A stretch of DNA of 64,000 nucleotides from positions 58,930-122,929 of the forward strand of contig DATBPD010000023.1 of NCBI GenBank assembly GCA_036561525.1. Direction: 5' to 3'. This document shows, in pieces, positions 27,050-37,766 of this stretch (position 1 is its first letter; each line of letters begins with the position of its first letter). This DNA is from Candidatus Dormiibacterota bacterium. Lineage in GTDB: Bacteria; Chloroflexota; Dormibacteria; Aeolococcales; Aeolococcaceae. The position numbers were made by a program, and so were the translations under genes. The notes under the pieces were generated by a model, which worked only from the letters and a program-made list of their open reading frames with translations, made no database searches and was not told the origin of the DNA.

Positions 27050-27610
27050 TCACTGACGGAACGGAGGCGGGATGGCCTCCGCGGTCGAGGCGATCGTCGG
27101 GTTCCACGGGACCGCCCAGGCCAGGGGCGTGCGCGAAAAGTCGAGGGTCGCTGTGGCCGTGCAGCGCACCACGCGCAGCCCCAGCGGCGGATTCAGGGTG
27201 GCGTCGACGACGTCGAGGTCACAGCTGACGAACGATCTCTGGGCGCGGCCGAGGGAGGCTCCGCTGCGCCGGCAGAGTGGATGTGCGGCGACGTCGCGCT
27301 GGGCGGGGAAGACCAGGTAGCGGCGGAAGGTCATGGTGCCGTAGAAGGTCTCCGCCGCAAATCGGCATCCCTTGGGCATGCCGCTGGTGTCGAGCGAGTC
27401 GACCCCGGAGACGGTCTGTGGGCAGCAGGTGGTGCCGTCGCTGTCGATTGCCAGCTGTGGCGCCTGGAAGAAGGATTCCGCGGCCAGCTTGGTTGCCGCA
27501 TCGATCTCCTGTTGCGCCGACACCTGCACCATGATCGCGAGGAACGCGCTGATGAGTGCCAGCAGGACCGGGATCACGATCGCGGTCTCGATCACCGCCT
27601 GGGCGTCCAT
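27050..27610 (-). CDS. TadE-like protein
   Basis: The product from an internal start has MDAQAVIETAIVIPVLLALISAFLAIMV and a Cys-rich body. Confidence 0.55.
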   Translation of the reverse strand: MDAQAVIETAIVIPVLLALISAFLAIMVQVSAQQEIDAATKLAAESFFQAPQLAIDSDGTTCCPQTVSGVDSLDTSGMPKGCRFAAETFYGTMTFRRYLVFPAQRDVAAHPLCRRSGASLGRAQRSFVSCDLDVVDATLNPPLGLRVVRCTATATLDFSRTPLAWAVPWNPTIASTAEAIPPPFRQ

Positions 27611-27645
27611 GCTCCTGCGCTGTGGATGGCGGCGCCGCCGGCCGG

Positions 27646-28275
27646 TCACGATGCGAACCGCAGTGTGTGCGTGGTGGCGACCACGTCGACGGGTATCTCC
27701 CCGGCGTGCCAGCCGAACCCGCTCAGAGGAGGCACGAGCGAGGCGAGGAAGCCGATGATGTGGACGGTCACTGTCGGTGGGTCGCCGCAGCGAGGTGTCG
27801 GCGGCAGCGGCGCGGCGGGACACCGAGGGGCTGGGGCGCTGGTGTCGTCACACACAGCAACCGTGCGCGGACCGAAATGCCGTTCGACCTCATCTGGGTC
27901 GGTCGGGCAATGCGCGAAATCGCCCTGCGGGGCTGTCGCCACAGTCGATGAAGGGCAGGGACCTCCGGCCGGATCGCACCAGGCGACGACATGGGTGCCG
28001 AACAGCGCACTCTGCAACTGCATTCGCACCGCCGCGAACAGGACAGCCGGTGTGGGAGTGGCCTGGCTCTGCGGCGTGCCGGCCGCGGCTGCGGCGAGTC
28101 GTGCCGCCTGGTCGGCCGCCGATACCGAGGCGCTCGTCTGGATCGCCCACAGCCCGGCGTCGATCGCGGCGAAGAAGCAGAGGAAGAACAGCGGCGCCAC
28201 GAACGCGAACTCGATCGTCGCCTGTCCCCAGCCTGCCTTGCCGGCGCGACGTCGCGGCGGCCGCTCCCCTCCCAT
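27646..28275 (-). CDS. TadE-like protein
   Basis: The product has ATIEFAFVAPLFFLCFFAAIDAGLW near its N-terminus. Confidence 0.55.
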   Translation of the reverse strand: MGGERPPRRRAGKAGWGQATIEFAFVAPLFFLCFFAAIDAGLWAIQTSASVSAADQAARLAAAAAGTPQSQATPTPAVLFAAVRMQLQSALFGTHVVAWCDPAGGPCPSSTVATAPQGDFAHCPTDPDEVERHFGPRTVAVCDDTSAPAPRCPAAPLPPTPRCGDPPTVTVHIIGFLASLVPPLSGFGWHAGEIPVDVVATTHTLRFAS

Positions 28276-28323
28276 GTTCTCAATGGTAGGCAGCCGGGAT
28301 GACGATTTTGGGGCGGGTCGCTC

Positions 28324-29493
28324 CTACGGGAGCACGATGAAGGTGAGGTCTTCGGGCACCAGCGGCTTGACCGTGACCGGGTTGGCGGGCTGGTCGGTGC
28401 GCGGGTCAACCAGTGTCATCCAGTTGCGGTCGCGGAAGTACTCGAGGACGTACGGACCGCCCACTGGAACGGCAGCGATGGTGAAGTCACCGTTGCCATC
28501 GGCAGTGCCGGTATAGAACGGTGCGGCGGTCACGTAGCCGCCGCCGGGGAGCTGGGTGAAGTGGGTGCTCAGCCGCACCTGCCCGCTGGCGCCGTGGCCG
28601 GCCGTGTCCACCAACGACCCCGACACCGGTTGCGCGGCGGCCAGAAGCGCGCGCGCGGTGCCGGCCTGCGGCGACGAGCCGAAACCCTTCACCAGGCGTT
28701 GCAGGGTGGTCGCGCCCTCCTCGAAATCCGACATCGAGATCTCCGACCGCGCCGCAGCCAGCAGCGTGGCCGGGTACGCAGGAGCCGCTGCCGTCGCCGC
28801 GCCGTGCGCGGCGGCATCGTCGAGCAGGGCCACAGCGTCGGTCGGGTGTTTGGCGGCGACCAGCTCCGCGGCGGCCTTGACCTCGTCGGCAGCGCGCAGC
28901 CGGGCGATCGCCTGGATGGTTGAGCCGGGCAGTGCTCCCCGCTGAGCCTCGCTGAGCCGCTGCAGCGCCAGTTGCGCATGACCCGCCTTGACCGCAGTGG
29001 CCGCAGCGTCGATGAGGATCTGGGCCCGTGTCTGCGTTGCCTGCGCGACCAGCGCGGGCTGCAGCACCTTGGCCAGCACGGCCACCGCCGAATCGAACTT
29101 GCCTGCACCGGCCAGCTGCCGCGCCCAGGCCAGCCTGGCCACCTGGGCGTCGTGCTCGGCGCTCGATGCCGCGCCGGGATCGAGCACCATGAGAAAACCG
29201 CTCCTGCCGGCCACGGCCTCGTCGAGGCTGACCGCACGCGCCGGGTTGCCGGCGGCGAGCTCCGTCGTCGCCGCAATCCGGCCGTCCTCCGCTGACGCCC
29301 GCCCTCCCAGCAGCGCGCCGACCACCGCGGCGATCAGCGCCAGCGCAACCACGACACCCAGCCGGGGACGCTGCCGCTGTGCCGGCCGTGCCAGCCCGAT
29401 CGTGGCGATGGCCCCCGGCGGAGGAGGCGGCGGCGGCGGCGGCGGCAGCAGCTCACCGGTGAGGTGGAACTGGCGCGGGGGCGGAGCGTCCAT
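28324..29493 (-). CDS. proline-rich single-pass membrane protein with helical Ala-rich ectodomain and beta-rich C-terminal domain
   Basis: The product from MDAPPPRQFHLTGELLPPPPPPPPPPG has a TM segment LGVVVALALIAAVVGALLG, then Ala-rich repeats and a C-terminal GNGDFTIAAVPVGGPYVLEY. Confidence 0.5.
   Translation of the reverse strand: MDAPPPRQFHLTGELLPPPPPPPPPPGAIATIGLARPAQRQRPRLGVVVALALIAAVVGALLGGRASAEDGRIAATTELAAGNPARAVSLDEAVAGRSGFLMVLDPGAASSAEHDAQVARLAWARQLAGAGKFDSAVAVLAKVLQPALVAQATQTRAQILIDAAATAVKAGHAQLALQRLSEAQRGALPGSTIQAIARLRAADEVKAAAELVAAKHPTDAVALLDDAAAHGAATAAAPAYPATLLAAARSEISMSDFEEGATTLQRLVKGFGSSPQAGTARALLAAAQPVSGSLVDTAGHGASGQVRLSTHFTQLPGGGYVTAAPFYTGTADGNGDFTIAAVPVGGPYVLEYFRDRNWMTLVDPRTDQPANPVTVKPLVPEDLTFIVLP
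29421..29452. repeat. (GGC/GGA)n trinucleotide tract encoding poly-Pro on the minus strand
   Basis: A run of 8 or more GGC/GCC codons lies inside the 28324-29493 CDS. Confidence 0.6.
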
Positions 29494-29583
29494 GGCGATG
29501 TCCAGACGATAGCCGAGCGTCGGGCTCTGCCTTCCCGGCGGCCGGCACACGCCAGGCGCGGCGGACGGTACCCTGCCGCGGCG

Positions 29584-31100
29584 ATGGTGGTTCTCGACGG
29601 CGATCCCCTCAGCATCGACGACGTTGTCGCGGTGGCCCGCCTGGATGCGGAGGTCGGCGTGGCGGACGAGGCGCGCCGCCGCATGGCCCCGTCGCGTTCG
29701 GTCGTCGAGGAGTTGGAGAGCAGCGACAGCATCGCGTACGGCGTGACCACGGGATTCGGCGCCCTCGCCGACCGCGCGATCGCCCCGGCAGACCGTGCCA
29801 CCCTCTCGCGCCGTGTGGTGCTCAGTCACGTTGCCGGGATGGGTGCCGCGCTCGACGCCGAGGTCGTTCGGGCGATGCTGCTGCTGCGGGCGCGCACCCT
29901 GTGCGCCGGGTATTCAGGAGTGCGCTCGCTCCTTCCCGAGGCGATCGCTGCGTTGCTCAACGCCGGCCTCGTGCCCTGGGTTCCCGAGCACGGGTCGCTG
30001 GGTGCCTCTGGTGACCTGGCACCGCTTGCGCACGCCACCGCCTGCCTGATCGGGGAGGGTTGGGTGTGCGACGGCAGCGTCCGCCGCCCGGCAGCCGCTG
30101 CGCTCGCGGAGCGCGGGCTGGCGGCTCTGACCCTCGGGGCGCGCGAGGGCCTCGCGCTGATCAACGGCACCGACGGGATGTGCGCCGTTCTTGCGCTGGC
30201 CGTGCACGACCTCGCAGCGCTGCTCAGCGCTGCCGACGTGGTGGCGGCGTTGAGCGTCGAGGCGCTCCTCGGCACCACCCAGGCGTTTGCCGAGAACGCG
30301 GTTGCCCTGCGGCCGGCGCCGGGACAGGCCGCCAGTGCCGCGAACCTTCGCGCCATGCTCGATGCCAGCATGGTCGTGGCCTCGCACCGCGACTCGCATC
30401 ACGCCGTCCAGGATCCCTACTCGCTGCGGTGCACGCCGCAGGTGCACGGCGCGGCCCGCGACGTGCTTGGATTCGCGCGCGAGTGCGTGGTCCGTGAGCT
30501 GCACGCCGTGGTCGACAACCCGATGGTGCTCGACGGCCACATGGTCAGCGGCGGCAACTTCCACGGGCAGGCCCTGTCGTACGCCGCCGACATGCTCGCC
30601 AGCGTCTGCGCCGACGTCGCGGCGATCAGCGAACGCAGGCTCGACCGGCTCCTCGACCCGGCGCGGTCGCGTGGCCTCCCGGCATTCCTCACCGAGGAGC
30701 CGGGGCTGAACAGCGGGCTGATGATTGCCCAGTACAGCGCAGCGGCGATGGTGGTCGAGCTGCGCGCGTCCGCCGCGCCGATCGCCGTGCACAGTATGTC
30801 GACAAGCGCAGGCCAGGAGGATCATGTGTCGATGGGATTCACCGCGGCCCTGCGCACTCGACGCAGCGTGGCCACACTGAGGAAGGTGCTGGCGGTCGAG
30901 CTGCTGGCGGGCGCGCAGGCCCTCGAGCTGCGCACGCCGCTGCGCGCCGGTCCGGCAACCGCGGCGGTGGTGTCGTCACTGCGTCACCGCGTGTCCCACC
31001 TAGGCGACGATCGCGTGCTCGCCGGCGACCTCGCCGAGGCGGAGATGTGGCTACGTGACTGCGCCTGGGACGCGGCGCTGTCCGGCATCGTGGTGATCGC

Positions 31101-31104
<4 letters not shown>
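29584..31104 (+). CDS. hutH: histidine ammonia-lyase
   Basis: The product has [14 protein letters not shown] (the MIO-forming ASG triad). Confidence 0.9.
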
Positions 31105-32762
<1,658 letters not shown>

Positions 32763-32771
32763 GGACGGGTT

Positions 32772-33686
32772 GTGAACATGCGCGAGTGGCTGGCACGCGG
32801 CTGCGACGGCCGGCCCGACGTCATCGTGGTCGGCGCACCCATCTCGAAGGCGTCGATCAGCCGATCGCAGGCATGGTCGACGCCGCCCGCGTTCCGGCAG
32901 GCGCTGGCGCGCTTTCCCACCTGGCACGCGGGCTTGTCGGTGGACATCGAGGCGCTGGGGGTGCGCGACGCCGGCGATGTCGAGGGTGACCAGCACGACG
33001 CGGATGCGTCGGCCGCACACGCTCGCATCGAGGATGCCGTCGCCACGGCGGCGGCCGCGGGGACAACCGTTGTCGTCATAGGTGGCGACAACTCACTGAC
33101 CCGACCCGCCTTCCGCGGTATGGCCCGAGCGCACCCCGATCGCCAATGGGGCCTGCTCACCCTGGATGCGCACCATGACTGCCGGCCGGTGGTGGACCGC
33201 TCCGCCAACGGGACGCCGGTGCGTGAGCTGATCGAATCCGGGCTCGCCGCCGAGCGCGTCGCCCAGGTCGGCATCCATCCGCTAGGCAACGCCCGCGAGC
33301 ATGCAGCGTGGGCCCTGAACCAGGGCATCCACGCGCACAGCGTTGCCGAGGTCCGTGAACGCGGAATCGAGGCGGTGGTGGCGGCCGCTCTCGCCCAGCT
33401 GCGCGAGTGCGGCGCCGATGCCATCTACGTGGACCTGGACATCGACGTGGTCGACCGCGCGTTCGCGCCCGCGTGCCCAGCGAGCCTGCCCGGTGGCCTC
33501 GCTCCCGGCGACCTGCTCGACGCAGCCCTGCTGCTCGGCGGCGAGCCGGATGTCGCAGCGGTCGACCTCTGCGAGGTCGATGCGCTGGCCGACGTGGCGG
33601 GCATCACCATCCGTCTCATGTCGGCATCGTTCACGTCCGTGTGCGCCGGGCTCCTGGCGCGCAGGCGCGCGGCCGCGCCGTGTTGA
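32772..33686 (+). CDS. hutG: formimidoylglutamase (arginase/ureohydrolase family)
   Basis: The product has ureohydrolase metal motifs GGDNSL, LDAHHD and DLDIDVVD. Confidence 0.75.
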   Translation: MNMREWLARGCDGRPDVIVVGAPISKASISRSQAWSTPPAFRQALARFPTWHAGLSVDIEALGVRDAGDVEGDQHDADASAAHARIEDAVATAAAAGTTVVVIGGDNSLTRPAFRGMARAHPDRQWGLLTLDAHHDCRPVVDRSANGTPVRELIESGLAAERVAQVGIHPLGNAREHAAWALNQGIHAHSVAEVRERGIEAVVAAALAQLRECGADAIYVDLDIDVVDRAFAPACPASLPGGLAPGDLLDAALLLGGEPDVAAVDLCEVDALADVAGITIRLMSASFTSVCAGLLARRRAAAPC

Positions 33687-34936
33687 GCGATCCGATCACG
33701 CTGGTGGTGCGCGATATCGGCGCCCTGGTGACCTGTGACCCCGACCGCGGCGATGCCCCGGGCGTGATCAACGACGCGGTCCTGATGTGCGCAGGCGAGC
33801 GCATCAGCTACGCCGGTTCGCGCCGCGGCGCGGTGTTCGCGCCCCTGACCGGGGATGTCATCGACATCGACGCTCACGGCGCCGCGGTGATCCCCGGTTT
33901 CGTCGACGCCCACACCCACATCGCCTGGCTGGGCGACCGCGGCGACGAGTACGTGCTGCGCTCGTCCGGGGTGAGCTACGAGGAGATCGCCCGCGGCGGC
34001 GGCGGCATTCGCAGCACCATCCGCAGCACCGCCGCGGGGTCGGTGGCGACGATCTGCGATGCCGCCGGGCACCGCGCACGACGGATGATCGAACACGGCA
34101 CCACCACCGTCGAGGTGAAGAGCGGCTATGGCCTCGATCTGGACGCCGAGCTTCGTCAGCTCGACGCCGTTCTCGGGCTCGATGAGCGCGACGATCTTCC
34201 CCACGCCGTCGCGACATACCTGGCGCTGCATGCCGCCCCCGAGGGTGACCGCGAGCAGTTCATCACCGATGTGTGTGCCCGCGGGGTGCAGGAAGCGGCC
34301 GTGCGCGCCGCATTCTGTGACGTCTTCTGCGACGAGGAGGCATACACCGTGGAGGAGTGCCGGCGGGTGCTGGCGGCGGCGAGCCGCGCCGGTATGTCGC
34401 TCAAGATTCACGCTGAGCAGCGCAGTCGCAGCGGCGGCGCACAGCTTGCCGCCGAGCTTCACGCGACCAGCGCGGACCATCTCGAGCACGCCACCGACGA
34501 CGATCTCCGCGCCCTGGCCGCAGCCGGGGTCAGCGGCGTCATCCTTCCGAGCGCCGCGCTGGTGCTCGGCGGGCCGCCCCCACCGGGACGCCGTCTGCGC
34601 GACGCGGGAGCCACTGTCGCGATTGCCACCGACTGCAACCCGGGCACGTCGTACGCCGAATCGATGCCGCTGATGATCTCGCTCGCCGTTGCCACATCCG
34701 GCCTGAGCCCGGCGGAGGCGCTGGTCGCAGCCACGTCCGGAGGAGCAAGGGCGCTCGCACTGGCCGACCGCGGCGTCCTCCGGGTCGGTCTGCGCTGCGA
34801 CGCCGTGGTGCTCTCGACCCCGCACTGGATCGACGTGGCATATCACCTCGGCGCCAACCCGGTGGCCACCGTGATTCGGACCGGCCAGGTGGTGGTGGGC
34901 GCCGGCGCGGCTGACCGGCGTAGGGTGTGGACGTGA
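33680..34936 (+). CDS. hutI: imidazolonepropionase
   Basis: A GTG start overlaps the hutG stop. The product has the amidohydrolase motifs GFVDAHTH and IATDCNPG. Confidence 0.85.
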   Translation: MLSDPITLVVRDIGALVTCDPDRGDAPGVINDAVLMCAGERISYAGSRRGAVFAPLTGDVIDIDAHGAAVIPGFVDAHTHIAWLGDRGDEYVLRSSGVSYEEIARGGGGIRSTIRSTAAGSVATICDAAGHRARRMIEHGTTTVEVKSGYGLDLDAELRQLDAVLGLDERDDLPHAVATYLALHAAPEGDREQFITDVCARGVQEAAVRAAFCDVFCDEEAYTVEECRRVLAAASRAGMSLKIHAEQRSRSGGAQLAAELHATSADHLEHATDDDLRALAAAGVSGVILPSAALVLGGPPPPGRRLRDAGATVAIATDCNPGTSYAESMPLMISLAVATSGLSPAEALVAATSGGARALALADRGVLRVGLRCDAVVLSTPHWIDVAYHLGANPVATVIRTGQVVVGAGAADRRRVWT

Positions 34937-36354
34937 TCAGCAGCGCACGGGCGTGGCCCAAACTCTGCGGCGGCGGCATGGAGGTGCCCCTCGCCGACGG
35001 CACCCGGCAGCGGTACGTCAACCTCGACTGCGCCGCCAGCACACAGGCGCTCGACGCGGTGGTGGCCGCCGTCAACGATGTCCTGCCCTGGTACAGCAGC
35101 GTGCACCGGGGCGCCGGCCACCTCTCGCAGGTCTCCACCAGGCTGTATGAGGCGGCGCGACAGGCGGTGGGCACCTTCGTTGGCGCGCGCCCCGATGACT
35201 CGGTCGTCTTTGTCCGCAACACGACCGACGCCGTCAACCACCTGGCGGCGTGCCTGCGCATCCCCGCCGGCGCCACGGTCCTCACAACTGAGATCGAGCA
35301 CCATGCCAACATGCTGCCGTGGCGCCGGCTCGGGCCCGTCCTGCACCTGCCGCCACCGCGCTCGCCGGACGCGCTGCTCGCGTCGATGGACGCCGCGCTG
35401 AGGGATGCGTCCGGTGGCGTCGCGGTCGTCGCCGTCACCGGCGCAAGCAACGTCACCGGCGAGGTGATGCCGGTGGCGGAGATGGCGAGAATCGCGCACG
35501 CCCACGGCGCGATCATCAGCGTCGACGCCGCGCAGCTCGCGCCCCATCGCACCATCGACATGGCGGCGATGGACGTCGACTGCCTGGCGCTCAGCGGGCA
35601 CAAGATGTACGCGCCCTTCGGCGCCGGAGCGCTGGTCGTGCGCACAGGGCTGGTCGCCGACGCCGAGCCGCTGCTCGCAGGAGGCGGCGCCGTCGACTTC
35701 GTCACCGTCGACGACGTTCTCTGGACGGGCATGCCGGACCGTCTCGAGGCGGGCAGCCCCAACGTCATCGGGGCGATCGCGCTCGGTGTCGCGGCGACCA
35801 CGCTGACCGCAGTGGGGATGGACCGCATCGCCGAGCACGAGAGCGACCTGCTGGCGCGCGTCGACGCCGGGTTTGCCGACCTCCCCGGCGTGACGCGGCT
35901 GCGCCTCTGGGACGGCCCGGCGGTCGACCGTCTCGGCGTGGTGACGTTCACCGTCGACGGGTTACACCACGCCCTGGTCGCTGCCGCGCTCAGCGCCGAG
36001 CACGCCATCGGGGTGCGTCACGGCTGCTTCTGCGCCCACCCTTATATCACCCACCTGCTCGGCATCGACGCAGCCGCGGCCGACTCTGTCCGCAGCTCAC
36101 TCCGCCGCGGCGAGCGCGCCGGCATCCCCGGTGCCGTGCGGGCATCGTTCGGCATCGGCACCACCGAGCGGGACATCGACGCGCTCCTCACCGCGATGCA
36201 CGAGCTGATCGAGCGTGGTCCGCGGCTTGCGTATGCCCAGGACGAGCACACGGGTGACTTCCTCCCGGTCACAGATGAGCGGATGTGGCCTCGTTTCAGT
36301 GGGCTGCCACCGCTGGAGACCGCGGGACACTCTGCCGGCTGCGGGCAGTTCTGA
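34927..36354 (+). CDS. class V aminotransferase / cysteine desulfurase-like PLP enzyme
   Basis: The product has ALSGHKMYAPFGAGAL (PLP-Lys) and HGCFCAHPY. It overlaps the hutI stop by 10 nt. Confidence 0.75.
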   Translation: MDVISSARAWPKLCGGGMEVPLADGTRQRYVNLDCAASTQALDAVVAAVNDVLPWYSSVHRGAGHLSQVSTRLYEAARQAVGTFVGARPDDSVVFVRNTTDAVNHLAACLRIPAGATVLTTEIEHHANMLPWRRLGPVLHLPPPRSPDALLASMDAALRDASGGVAVVAVTGASNVTGEVMPVAEMARIAHAHGAIISVDAAQLAPHRTIDMAAMDVDCLALSGHKMYAPFGAGALVVRTGLVADAEPLLAGGGAVDFVTVDDVLWTGMPDRLEAGSPNVIGAIALGVAATTLTAVGMDRIAEHESDLLARVDAGFADLPGVTRLRLWDGPAVDRLGVVTFTVDGLHHALVAAALSAEHAIGVRHGCFCAHPYITHLLGIDAAAADSVRSSLRRGERAGIPGAVRASFGIGTTERDIDALLTAMHELIERGPRLAYAQDEHTGDFLPVTDERMWPRFSGLPPLETAGHSAGCGQF

Positions 36355-36370
36355 CCTCACGCTCGCGTTG

Positions 36371-37753
36371 ATCGCATCGACTCCCCATGCGGGATTGCCG
36401 CGGACGGCCGGAGTCGGACGGCGCGCCAGCGCGGCGCTGATCGACCTCGCCATCATCGTCGGCGGGGAGATCGGCGCGCTCATCGTTGGCGGGATCCTCA
36501 TCCAGGCCACCGGGGTTGGCAGTGCCAACCTCAGCGCCGGGCGCATCGGCGTGGCCGCGGGGTTGGCTCGAGCGCTGACGCAGTCGGCGCTGTACCTCGG
36601 ACCGATCACCTATCTGTACTTCGGCTGGCGTCGCGGGGGCACCGTGGGGATGCGTGCCCGCGAGTGCGCGCTTCGCTCAGCCGACAGAGTCACCGCGCCA
36701 ACGTCGAGCCAGGTGGTGCTGCGACTCTGCGGTCTCTTCTATTCGGTGCTCTGCGTCGGGCTCGGCATGGCCTGGGGCCTTGTGCGCAGCGACCGCCGCG
36801 GATGGTCCGACCTGTTCGCCGAGACGGTTGTGGTGCACATGCCGCGATGGCCAACCTCGGCTGCGCCAGCATGGACCGTGGCCGCCTGGCCGCCGCCACC
36901 CCCGCCGCTGCCGCCGGCGATGCCACCGCCGCTGCAGCGACAGCCGCCACCACCATCACCACCGCCGCCCTCCGCGACCTGGACGGCGTCAGCCCAGCAG
37001 CGCGCGCCGTACGCGATCCCAGCCACGAGCAGCGCCACCGCCGCAGTCGAGCGTGTGCCTTGGACGTGGACCGACGTCGCCCCCGTGGTTGTGCTACTCC
37101 TGCCGCTCTCGTATGCGGTGCAGTTCGTGACGGTCGCTGCCGTCAGGTTGATGCTGGGCGGGTTGGCGTTGACGACGCGCCGACCGATCGAGGCACTGGT
37201 CTCGGACATCACCGCGTACGGCGCGCTCATTCTGCTGGTGCTGCTGTTCGTCAAGGTGCGCCGCCACGCCTCCCTTGCCGCGCTGGGGATTCGTCGCGTG
37301 GGGTGGCGCTGGCTCCTCGCCGCCCTTCCGTTCATCTTCCTCGCTTTCCTGCTCGAGTCGATCACCGGTTTGCTCAGCCAGAGCCTCTTCCCCCAGGCCC
37401 CCGCCAACCAGTGCATCGACATCCGCAATGCGTACCAGGGGGCATTGTGGATGGCGGTCGTCGGCGTCGTCATCGTGGCTCCGATGGTGGAGGAGATCGT
37501 GTTCCGCGGCATGGTCTTCGGCTGGTTGCGCGGCCGGCTCCCGCTGGTGTGGGCTGTGCTGGTCTCAGCGATGCTGTTCTCGCTCGAGCACATCGGCTTC
37601 CTGCAGCTGACGCTGTTCCTGCCGATCTTCAGCACCGGCATCGTGCTCGCCATCCTCTACCACCACGCTGGCAGCGTCTGGCCAACGGTCCTGGTGCACG
37701 GCAGCTTCAACCTGATCGCCACGCTCGTGCTCTTCAGCACACTGTCGTGCTGA
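36371..37753 (+). CDS. RDD-domain / CPBP (CAAX-type) intramembrane protease fusion protein
   Basis: The N-terminal half has RDD-like LIDLAIIVGGEIGALIVGGIL and RRGWSDLFAETVVV. A Pro-rich linker follows, then a CPBP domain with EEIVFRG, FSLEH and HGSFN motifs. The start is uncertain (TTG 36371). Confidence 0.6.
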   Translation: MASTPHAGLPRTAGVGRRASAALIDLAIIVGGEIGALIVGGILIQATGVGSANLSAGRIGVAAGLARALTQSALYLGPITYLYFGWRRGGTVGMRARECALRSADRVTAPTSSQVVLRLCGLFYSVLCVGLGMAWGLVRSDRRGWSDLFAETVVVHMPRWPTSAAPAWTVAAWPPPPPPLPPAMPPPLQRQPPPPSPPPPSATWTASAQQRAPYAIPATSSATAAVERVPWTWTDVAPVVVLLLPLSYAVQFVTVAAVRLMLGGLALTTRRPIEALVSDITAYGALILLVLLFVKVRRHASLAALGIRRVGWRWLLAALPFIFLAFLLESITGLLSQSLFPQAPANQCIDIRNAYQGALWMAVVGVVIVAPMVEEIVFRGMVFGWLRGRLPLVWAVLVSAMLFSLEHIGFLQLTLFLPIFSTGIVLAILYHHAGSVWPTVLVHGSFNLIATLVLFSTLSC

Positions 37754-37766
37754 GGTGTTGGATTGC

